Shown here in pieces: positions 51,048 to 61,859 of a stretch of DNA of 64,000 nucleotides (the stretch's first letter is position 1; the number at the start of each line of letters is the position of its first letter). Location of the stretch: the NCBI RefSeq assembly GCF_004010195.1, contig NC_057749.1, forward strand, positions 10,813,646 through 10,877,645, given 5' to 3'. The notes beneath the pieces are model-generated. The model had not been told where the DNA came from. It searched no databases and was given only the letters and a program-made list of their open reading frames with translations. This stretch comes from Chiloscyllium plagiosum (taxonomy: Eukaryota). Both the position numbers and the translations under genes were made by a program.

Positions 51048-52374
51048 GTTAGTGAATTACTGACTATGTGGTGTGTCTGTGTCTGTGTCTCTCACTCGTA
51101 AAATCACAACTGTGTAGGTAGAGGCTATTTGGCCCATTGAGTCTGCACTGATCCTCCAAAGGGCAGCCCCTCCACCCTCTCCCCAAAGCATGTATTTCCA
51201 ATGGCTTACCCACCTCGCCTACATATCCCTTGACATCGAGGGAATGTAGTATGGTCAATCCACCTTACCTGCACATCTTTGGAATAGTATTTGACTTGGG
51301 ACTAGCTCTGGTTTCTCGAGACTGTTGCCACTCTTTGGTAACTTGCCTCATTTACAGCTGCTCCATTCCACCACTGCCTGTTGCTGCCACCTGGGAGCGA
51401 TCTTCACAACTGGTTCAACCCCCACACTCTTACACTTTGCAACAAGGATCACTTCACAGTGAATGACATCTGAATCTGTCTGTCTGCCTCTCTTTGTCCG
51501 CCAAAGAGCACTGGAACCAATTACACCATCCTGGACATCAATTTGATTAGGATCAGTTAACTCACAATGGGCATAGTGCCAGGTCTGTGCAGCTCAGTAC
51601 ATGGTCAACATTGACTTTCTATCCTATTGTGGAAGCCTGTTTTTTTTTGTTTTAATAACCATAGTAAACATTGTGTTATCCGACATCTCTCCAACCAATG
51701 TTCTCTAGGAATCAGAATGTCTGACCGCTCCATTCAAGCTGGTCACTTGCAGTCTTTATGGAAAAGAGCCTATTAATAATAACAGGAGATGGCAATCAGC
51801 AGAGGTCATTCTCTTGCTCTGCGATGCAGTGATTCAGTCATTGGTCAGTTTTGGTTATTGTTCTCGATCGTAGATATTTCACTTGGAGCACCTGTCGGTG
51901 AAACTGACAGTTAAAAATGTCCTTTCTTTGTGAAAAACTGGTCAGATGGTTGTGGTGTCAATGTGGTCTGCAGTTGCATTGGTTTTACTGTGAATGCCTG
52001 GGTCTGCTGACTTAGCGCATTGTCTGTCTCCCTCTGTACCAGTGTGTCTGTCTGTCTGTCTGTCTCTGGCGCGCGCTCTCTCTGGCACTCTCTCTCTCAC
52101 GCTCTCTCACACACACGGACACACACACTCTCTCTCCTATCCAATTGCATCCCATCTCTCCCTCAACCCCTTTCAGACACAGCAGCACCCTATCCTGAGT
52201 GCTGTAGGTCCCCATTCTTTGGCATTTTGGATTAACCTGCATGCTACAGAACAAAGAGATCATTACTGTATTCCAATGGAATGGAGTTTTGTGACTTTGA
52301 GGTGGAGCTTCAAGAGCCTTGTGTGCATTTTGTTCTCTTGTATTTTTTCACCCTGTCCCCTCTTCTTTTTTTAG

Positions 52375-52451
52375 TATCAGTACAGATCAGCCAAGCCTCT
52401 GGTCCAGGATGGAGACCTTGATACGATTGTATGTCTATTTACCAATAGAAG
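52375..52451 (+). CDS. STRA6: STRA6 coding exon 8
   Basis: Long pyrimidine tract; ISTDQPSLWSRMETLIRLYVYLPIE(G) (human ...HCIYTPQPG); G|GTAAAG; phases fit both neighbours. Confidence 0.88.
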
Positions 52452-53065
52452 GTAAAGCCTTAAAGCTGCACTTGGTGTGTTGATGCTATTTTTGAGAATT
52501 CCTTGCGTTACCTCGGTTCAGTTGCTCAGGTTCGATCGCTCCCAGCTCCTGCACGGTCACTGATGATGAGTATGGTCTACCCCTTTGGTTCACTGGGCCA
52601 TTCAGCCAAAGAAGGAGGCCATTCAGCCTATCATTCCTGTGTGAGCTCTTTGAACAAGCCAAGCAATTAGTCCCTTCGCCCTTAAATTCGACCTGCATGT
52701 TTTCTTTTTTAAAAAAAATTGAGTTTCCTTTTTAAGAAATATATATCAGGTGATAAGAAGTCCCAGTGATACTTATCTAGAAGAGAACTTTCTCAGGTTC
52801 ATTTAAGCTGCCCTTTAAATTACTGATTCATCATCCAATGAAATGAATTACACCTTTTGTTTGTTTACTGTCTTTATCACTTTGCTAATTTATTTAAGTT
52901 TTCCCAGGCAAACTATCTTTAATGAAAAGTCCATCACTTTATGAAGGGATGCGGTAGGAATCAGAGTCGCTCCAAGGAAAGCCTAATTCTGTTAGTTTTG
53001 ATAGAAGTTTTGTTTAAATTCATTTATGGGATGAGGGCAATTAAAAGTCAACCATATTTCCTCTG

Positions 53066-53181
53066 GCAAAAGTGAGGACTGTGGATGCTGGAAACACTCC
53101 TGATGAAGAGCTTTTGCCCGAAATATCGATTTTCTTGCTGCTCTCATGCTGCCTGACCTGTTGTGCTTTTCCAGCACCACT
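53066..53181. mobile_element. internally deleted family-A PLE-derived element in STRA6 intron
   Basis: Head plus CTGATGAAGAGCTTTTGCCCGAAA arm. 14-bp TSD CCATATTTCCTCTG at 53052-53065 and 53182-53195. Confidence 0.75.
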
Positions 53182-53950
53182 CCATATTTCCTCTGTGGCT
53201 GGAGTCACTTGTAGCACAAATTTCCCCTCTCTAAAGGGCATCAGTGAACCAGATGGGGTTTTCCAACAATCACAATGTGATTTGTGATCGTCATTAGTTT
53301 TTTTTTATTGAATTCACATTCCACCAGCTGACATGGTGAGATTTGAACCCAGGTCCCCAGAGTATTGCCTGGGTCTCTGGATTGACAGTCCAGTGATAAT
53401 ACCACTAGGCCATCACCTGCCTGTAACCAACACCCAATAATCTCACTGGCCTGTGGCTGATCACTTCAACTCCCCTTCCCATTCCACCAAGGACATGCAA
53501 ATCCTCAGCCTCCTCCACTGCCAAATCCAAGCCATTGACAACTGGCAGAAGAATGCCTCATCTCCTGCCATGGGACCCTGCAACCAAACATCAACACTAG
53601 TTTCCAAATCCAAATCCAAATCCAATGCTGTGGGTCTGGAGTCACGTGTAGGCCAGACCAGGTGAACCTGCCAAATTGTTGTCTTTAAAGGGATCAGATG
53701 GATTTTTAAGATGATGGACAATGGTTACATGGTCACCATTTTAATTCCAGATTTTATTGAGTTCCGATTTTGCCATCTGCCCTGCTGAGATTTGCATCCC
53801 ATTACTTGGACATCTGGATCACTATTCCAGTGATATTATCACTTTGCCACCCCTTCCCCTTCCTTCCAAGCAATGTTATTGGGGAAATCGAGTGAAGGAA
53901 GTTCTTTGCCTGGTTTTTTTCTTAAAACCATCCCTTTTTTTAAAATCTAG

Positions 53951-54012
53951 GGTTCCGAAGTCCAACCAAACTGGTTCTGTCAATGACTGTGGCTGTCATT
54001 TCTGTCTATCAG
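53951..54012 (+). CDS. STRA6: STRA6 coding exon 9
   Basis: GFRSPTKLVLSMTVAVISVYQ (human [21 protein letters not shown]); CAG|GTAATT. Confidence 0.93.
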
Positions 54013-55777
54013 GTAATTATTGGTTAAAAATTGGATCTTAAATTGGTGTTGCCAACTTTATGTACAGAATTTGATAATTACCTGCTGTGCATTCAGAAAT
54101 TACAGATGTTGTAGCAAGTTTAAATCCGATCTCTCGAGGTCTCGTGATGCTGTTTCTGAACCCATGAGTTCTAGTTCAAGACCCGCTCCATGACTTCCTA
54201 GCTAAGGAAGGTGTGTTCATAATACAGACAGGTTGCGTTTGAACTTGTAAATATTTACATCAACACAGACTGGAAGGTGGGAAGAGGCAAGGACAGAATT
54301 CTGTCGAAACTGGGGATGGATACCTCCACTGTCACTATCCATAGCTCTGGGTGACAACATGTGGTTACAAGTGTATGTTGCTGTGCAACCTAGACTCTCT
54401 CTTATTTGACCACTGTGGATCAGATGGATGCCAGTAGCATGGTGTTCAATCCATGCTCCAGTTGGATCTGGGATCTGCCTCCTCATCCCTAGCCCATGCG
54501 GAGATAGAGCCTTTGGCCAGACCATTTGAGGAAAAGAAATCCAGAATGATTGTTTAATTTGGTGCCACGGGAAGAGGTTATTCAAAAGCAGTCCCGCACT
54601 TCTCTTTTCCTCATGGTAGATGTTTTTAACAACAATTCAGGCATATTACCACAAACCTCTGGAGCTGATGGGACTTGAGTCCAGCCCTTCTCGCGGAGAG
54701 GTAGGGACATGTGGAGAACATTTGGAAAATGCCTTCCCTTCAGGAAGGAGATGCTCATTTGTTCCCAATTAATTTTGCTTGCGGATGTTTCTCTCCAGTG
54801 GGAATTGTCACGCTAGACTTTGACCAATCAAATTATGTCATGGGAGGATGGTTCAGTTGGCATTGTGGCCAGCTGCGATCAAATGGACAGAAGAGCCTTC
54901 ATCATCGAGAGCCATCTTTTAGCAGAACCGCAAGAATTGGGATGGGGAGAGAATTCACTCGTGAGCTCAGACTCAGTACCCCATTGGTGGAAGTGCTGTC
55001 TTTTAGAGGCGATGCTAAGTCCCTGTCCGTGGGTGGCACAGTAACTTAGTGGTTAGCACTGCTGTCTCGCACAGCTCAGGGTCCCAGGTTCGATTCCAGC
55101 CTCTGGAGACTGCGTGGGTTTCCCTCCGGGTGCTCTGGTTTCCTTCCACAGTCCAAAGGTGTGCAGGCTAGGTGGATTGACCATGCTAAGTTGCCCCATA
55201 GTGTTCAAGGATGTTGGGCTAGATGGATTAGCCATAGGAAATGTAGGGTGTTATAGGGATCGGGTCGGCTGAAACTGTGCCTGGACGAGCTGCTCTTTGG
55301 AGGGTCGGTGCAGACACGATGGGCCAAATAGCCTCTTTCCACACTGTAGAGGCTCGATGATTCTAGGTGCATTGGTCTTCAAAGGAGACAAATTGTAAGT
55401 CAGTAAAACCGATTATCTGATAATTATCACTTCTCTGTTTATGCAAGCTTCCTGTGCACAAAACTAATTACCGCATTGCAACAGTGAGGTCCAACACTGG
55501 AAATGTTTTGGGATGTGGTAAGTTGCGTTGTATAAACACAGCTTAGTATTAAATGCAGCCATGAACTCAATATGCACTGGGTCAGTAACCACTGAATGGG
55601 TTAAGCCTGTGTGAATATTATAATTGCTCATCTATTAATTCAAGACTAGGTTTCTTTCTCTTCACATTCTTTGATCTAGCTGTCCCATTTCTCACTTCTG
55701 ATTTTTCTAGGTTTTATATTACTTTTGCTTTTATTGCATGTTAAATAATCTGAATTGGGTATTGCTTTCCCCTACAG

Positions 55778-55940
55778 TTTGCCCTTCTCCTCGTGTTGTA
55801 CCTTGTCCCTGTCCTACAGCGGATGCGGGCTGGAGTCCAGGAACATGTATCCTACACACTTGAAGGCTTTGGCGTCAATCTCTCAGAAGATAGGAGTGAA
55901 GTTCTGAGTATCGTTAAATATTATATTTGGGTTGTGGAAG
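55778..55940 (+). CDS. STRA6: STRA6 coding exon 10 (RBP-binding loop)
   Basis: FALLLVLYLVPVLQRMRAGVQEHVSYTLEGFGVNLSEDRSEVLSIVKYYIWVVE (human [54 protein letters not shown]). Confidence 0.95.
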
Positions 55941-57351
55941 GTACGGATTGAGTACTTTTTCTTTGGATTGAAAAGAATAAAATGATCACCGATAATATCT
56001 CATCGCTAACCAATACAATAGTTTATCGGGGTCTTGTTGCAGTAGCAGGGGAAGATACAACTTCCTAATAATCTGGCAACAACTCAGAAATCATTTAGAT
56101 TTTATAATGATTTACTATTCAGCTTGCACGTCTTTCAGAACTCCCTCAGTTTGGATCTGACTGACTTATTACAATTGAACATTGAGGAACCAAATACAGG
56201 GCAGTGGGATGTCTGTGCATTCTCAGAATGAGAATAGTTGCTGCACAAAAATAAATTGATCTGCACCAACGTTAAGTTGGCTCAGCTAATTTCCACAGAA
56301 GGTTCTTTAAATTCACGAATGAAAGATTTGAGTATTTGGCTTGGAAGGATTCATTTGTTCACTGCAAGGAAATTTACGTACAATTTGTCAAAATTGCAGT
56401 CTGCCTTGTGGCTATTGCAGCCTGGACAGTAGGCCCAATCTGGAACAATTGGTTTTAGGTTTGTCATCTACTGAGCCACAGCTCTACCTGTTCTTTCTCT
56501 TGTAATTATGGCAATATAAGGTAGAGGTTTCTTGTGAAGTGATTGAAACATATAAGACCCTGAGTGGTCTTAACCAGGTGGATGCAGAGAGGATGTTTTG
56601 TGAGAGAATCTAGAAGATAGGGGGTGACTGTTTAAAAATAACGGATGGCCCATTTAAAACTGAAGACAGGTGAATTTCTTTTCTCTGGGAGTCGTAAGTA
56701 TTTGGAACAATGTTTCTGAAAAGGCGGTGAAAGCAGAACCTTTGAATGATTTTTATGTCAAATGTGGATAGATCCTTAGATGATAAAAAAACCCCAAAGA
56801 ACTGCAGAAATCTGAAATGAAAACCCTCTCCTTCTGATATTCCAAGTAAGGAATAGATAGTGCTGTGGTTCACAAGATGACAACCCAGATACAGGTTGCT
56901 CTGGTATTGGGTGCATTATCCAGGCTGTAATGAGCCATGAGCAAGGTTGCAATTTTGATAAATTCTACGTCAGTTGCCACACAATGGAAAAGCTCAGCAG
57001 GTCTGGCAGCATCGGTGGAGAGAAGTCATAGTCAACATTTTGGGTTCAGTAACCCTGTTTTGAGGATGGGTCACTGGACCCAAAATGTTAACATGGATAG
57101 AGCCTTGGCATGGTAAGGGGATGAAAGGTTATAGGGGGGATGGAGGTGGGGGAGTTGTGGGGAGGCGGGATGTTTGGTCGATGGACTGTAACCTCAAATC
57201 CACATTCCCAATCAGTTGAGTTCTAATTGAATGGTGCAGCAAGCTCAACGGACTGAATGGCCTACTGCTTGTTCATGTGTGTAGTACCATTTGGATAATG
57301 TCAGAATAGTGCGGCAGGGGATAATTTGACCCCTCCTTTTTTCCTCAACAG

Positions 57352-57427
57352 TGTGCTACGTATCAGCAGTGGCTGTATCCTGTTTCATCACCCTCTCGAC
57401 ATTAATGAGGTCAATGGTGTTACACAG
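57352..57427 (+). CDS. STRA6: STRA6 coding exon 11
   Basis: VCYVSAVAVSCFITLSTLMRSMVLHR (human [26 protein letters not shown]); AG|GTAACA. Confidence 0.95.
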
Positions 57428-58235
57428 GTAACATTAAAAATATGCGATTTCTGGTTCTGTCATCTCACCTGGTGGTTTTCCTACCATTTGTAACTGGTTT
57501 AGAGAAAATCTCCCTGCTCATATATTTCCATAGACGCTTTCTCTTTACAAAAACAGCACTGCTCACTAATATTTCAAATGTACTTTTTAACTAGATCTGA
57601 TGCAGGACATACTTCTGAGGACACACACACGTTCCCCCTCCCCCACCTTCTAATTATGGATCATTTTTATTTTATATTTTCTGTTTGGGCTTCATAGAAG
57701 TCATGGGCTTTTTATTAATTTAATAGCTTTTAATGGAATGTATGTCTTGAACAATAACATTAATAGTTAAAGGTGCTGTGTAGCAGCAATGATGATCCAA
57801 TTGTATTTACTGAGCACCATTAGGAGCAGGAATAGGCTATTCAGCCCTTCAGCCCTACTCTGCTGTTCGTTATGATCTTGGTTGATCGTCTAATTGAGTA
57901 CCCCGTTGCTGATTTCTCCCCATACCCCTGAATCAGTTTAGCCCTAAAAAAAACTATATCTAACTCCCTCTTGAAAATGTTCAACATCTCAGCCTCAACT
58001 GCTTTCTATGAATTCCCCAGGGTCACAATAATATGGGTGTACATATTTCTCTTCATCTCAATTCTAAAATGGCCTACCCCATCCCCTTGTCACCCCCTAG
58101 GACTTCTAGTGCTGGACTCATCAGAATATCTTTCTTGTGTTTAACCCTGTCCAGTCCTGCTAAAGTATTATAGGTTTCTGAGACCCCTCTGCTCACTTTT
58201 CGAAAAACCAGTGACTATAGTCCTAACTGATCCAG

Positions 58236-58348
58236 TCTCTCGCGGTCTCACACTCTCTCGCGGTCTCGCACTCTCTCGCGGTCTCGCACTCTCTCGCGGT
58301 CTCGCACTCTCTCGCGGTCTCGCATTCTTTCGCGGTCTCACGGTCTCC
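58236..58348. repeat. 18-bp tandem repeat (TCTCTCGCGGTCTCGCAC) x ~5.5
   Basis: Directly visible; sits within a CR1 fragment. Confidence 0.9.
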
Positions 58349-58625
58349 TGCCATCCCAGAAACCAGTCTGATAAATCTTTGTTGCATTCCCTCCATTGCT
58401 AGAACATCCTTCCTCAGATAAGGACACCAAAACAGAACACAGTACTTCGGACGTGGTCTCACTAACACCCTGTACAATTGCAGCAAGACATCCCAATTCC
58501 TGTGCCCAAGGATCAACAGAACCATTTGCCTCCTTTGCTGCCTGCTGCATTCATATATTTAATATCTGTGCCCTTAATTAGACAAAGACGATATTAAATC
58601 TGACTTGGTCTTTGCTCTGTTACAG

Positions 58626-58759
58626 GGACAATCTGCAGGCTCTTTTCAGAGGCGACACACGAAAAGTCTTCAATCATGACAGGCCGGTCAGACTCTCCCG
58701 CTCTGCTGTTGTCTGTTGGATGAGCTTCACCAGTTACCAGGCTGCATTCGTCTGTTTAG
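58626..58759 (+). CDS. STRA6: STRA6 coding exon 12
   Basis: DNLQALFRGDTRKVFNHDRPVRLSRSAVVCWMSFTSYQAAFVCL(G) (human TNLRALHRG...[22 protein letters not shown]). Confidence 0.95.
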
Positions 58760-61741
58760 GTATCTGCTGATGGGCTGCAGTTTGTTTGAATATGGAATTA
58801 GTTTTGTTTCTAGATATTCTCTGCAAAAGGCCAGAGTTGAGATAGAGAGCATACATTTATTTTTGATCCCAATAACATCACTTGATCAATTGTCACCCTC
58901 TGCCAGGAGGTGAAGGTGGTGGGGTGGGGGGTCCTTGTGGTGCAGTGGGGAGTGACTCTGCCTCCAAACCAGAAGCTCCAGGTTCAAATCCCACCCCAGG
59001 ACTTAACGGTCATTTGAAGATGTGTTCATAAACTTGGCCGAACAGGGTGAGCATCTTGTATGTCCTTAGAACATGTGCCAAAAGCAGACGAAAGATTCCA
59101 GGTCACTCATGCTCAATGCAGGGTGTTGCTTCTCGAAGTTAGTGTCTGGCACCAGCTTAGTGACTGAGGGAAAAGCTGGCTGTGGAACAAGACCCACGTA
59201 CATGCTTTGTTGGCCTGGTACATTACTAAATGTGGGAAAATCCGAAGCTCACTGAAGGTTTACAATCTCTCTCCTCTTCCATCAAATATTCCCATTGTGG
59301 ATATAAACTAACTTTGCCAATTTCTCTGTTGGAACATCCTATTTGACTGAGCTGCTCTGTCTATGCTCCTCCCAAGCTGCCTCCCTCCCCTTCATCAAAC
59401 CCTAATAACATGGGGTGGCCCGGTGGCTCAGCGGTTAGCACTCCTGTCTCACAGTGCCAGGGACCCGGGTTCGAATCCAGCCTCGGGTGGCTGTGCAAAC
59501 TCCATACAGATATTCTCTCCAAGTCTGTGCAGGTTTCCTCCCACAGTCCGAAGATGTGCAGGTTAGGTGGACTGGCAATGCTGAGTTGTCCATTGTGTTC
59601 AGGGATGTGTAACTTAGGTTGATTAGTCAAGGGTAAATGTAGGGGAATGGGTCTGGGTGGGCTACTCTTCGGGGGGTCAGTGTCGACTTTTTGGGCTGAA
59701 GGGCCTGTTTCCACACTGAAGAGATGCTGTTCCATGAACATCTCCTCTATTCCTTGCTCTTTCATGTCTTTGCCTAACTTTCCCATTTACTGCATTATTT
59801 TTGAGGCAATTGGAGGATTCAAATGTTTGAAGACTTGTTACGAATCTGGTCACGAATGAACAAAGGTTAAAACTCCCTGGAATCCAGTAGTGCACTGAAT
59901 AACTATCTTGTTATTTAACCTGCACAAAATTCTTTTGTTTGTTTGTAGGGAAAGGTTTCACCTGTTTTAGAAATGATCTGCCTTATTCTAGCAAGCATGA
60001 GACTTACACGTGTGCACATGTGAATGGACAATGTGCACACACATGAGCCTGTGAAAAGGGTCACTTGGTACATCATTCAGTTCCTCAAGCCTGCTTTGCC
60101 ATTTGACAAGATCACTATCGATCTCTGCGGCCTGCGATCTACGGTCTTAGCTCCCCTATTCTCCTTTGGATTGTCTTTTTAGTGTAAAGAGTTTCTCTAT
60201 CCCTGTCTTAAATATTACATGATCTTGCATCCCTGGAGAAGAGAGTTATTTTTTCATTTGTTCAAGGGCTGTTGTTGTGGCAGATTAGGTCAGCATTTAC
60301 TGCCCGTCCCTTGTGAAGGTGGGGGTGAGCTGCCTTCTTCAACCGCTTGCAGTCCAAGTGCTTGAGGTTGACCCACACTGCCCTTTAAGGAGGGAGTTCC
60401 AGGATTTTGATCCAGTGACAGTGAAGAAATGGCAATATTTCCAAGTCAGGATAGTGAGTAGCTTGGAGGGGAACTTGAAGAGGTGGTGTTCCCATGTATC
60501 TGCTGCCCATATCCTCCCAGATGGAAGTAATCAGGGATTTGGAAGGTGTTAGGAACCTTGGTCATTTTCTTCAGTGCATCATGTAGATGGCTCAACAAGT
60601 GTGAATGTCAGTGCTGGAGGGACTGAATATTTATGGATTTGGGCTGCTTTGTATTGGCTGGTGTCAAGCTTCTTAAATGTTTAACTGCAGTCATCCAAGC
60701 AAGTTCCACATGCTCAACTCTGAGAGAGAAAACACTTGTTTATCTCAATCACAAATCCGAAATGCTTTCTACTCCTCGACTCTCCTACAAGAGAAAAGCT
60801 GCTTTCAGCATAGTTGGCGAACTTTGCGTTACAGGGCGATCCCCATATCTACTGAATCGTTTTCCACAGTTTCAGTTACCCAAGGTTTACTACATCCCGA
60901 ACATATTATAGGGAACTTTCCAGAACCAGGGACCAGGCAGCTGCCGGGAAGGTAAACTTCCCATCGAAATGAATGGGTTCGCTCCTATCCATGGTTTCAG
61001 GCTTCGGTGGTGGGTCTTTGAACGTATCCCCAGGGGGTATGGTGGGGGACTACTGTAATATTGACACTTCACGCCTTGTTGAGATAATTAAATGATTCTG
61101 GAATGAAGCTGAAAGGAGCCACTTGGTCTGACCTTGCTATTAATTTGCTTGCGATATAATTTCTTTTAACGCTCAGGCTATTAAGTCTATGTTACATTTT
61201 ATTGTTTAAATTATAATCCCCTATTCCTAAACTGGTGTGATGAGCATTTTACTGCAGTTGGGAACATGGTGAGTCTGTTGTACGTCTGTGGATAGACTAG
61301 CGAGGGGACAGTGCTCCCCTTCAGCACGAGGTTAGCAGAGGACCAACGTGGACGCTGGAATAATCTGACTTTAACCATGTTTCTCCAACAACCCAAGAAA
61401 GGAATTGAATGTATTTTCCTTTGTCTGTCCAGCAATTCTTTTCGCTCTCTTTTGAGCTCTATCCCCATTGATCATTTCCAACTCCTCCACCCCATCTTCT
61501 GCACACAAACTTCCCTAGCTACCATCAGTTCTGAGGAAGGGTCACTGGACCCTGAAATGTTAAGTTTGATTTCTCTCCACCAATGCTGCCTGACCTGCTG
61601 AGCTTTTCTGGCAATTTCTGTTTTAGTTTCTAATTTATAGCATCTGTAGTTCATTTGGTTTTTATTGAATATATTTTGTCTCGCTGTATGTTTCAAAACT
61701 AAACCATCTCACCCTCTCGTTCCTGTGAATCTCCCATTTAG

Positions 61742-61859
61742 GCCTCCTCATTCAGCAAGTGGTCTTCTTCATCTGCTTCCTACTGTTTGCCTTTCTTATT
61801 GTCGTTCCCATTGTCTACAGACAAAACCTGATCATTCTCAGGATCCTGGAGAACATGTG
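61742..61859 (+). CDS. STRA6: STRA6 coding exon 13 (gene continues beyond window)
   Basis: GLLIQQVVFFICFLLFAFLIVVPIVYRQNLIILRILENM(W) (human GLLVQQIIFFLG...GRNLLLFRSLESSW); TG|GTGAGT. Confidence 0.95.
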
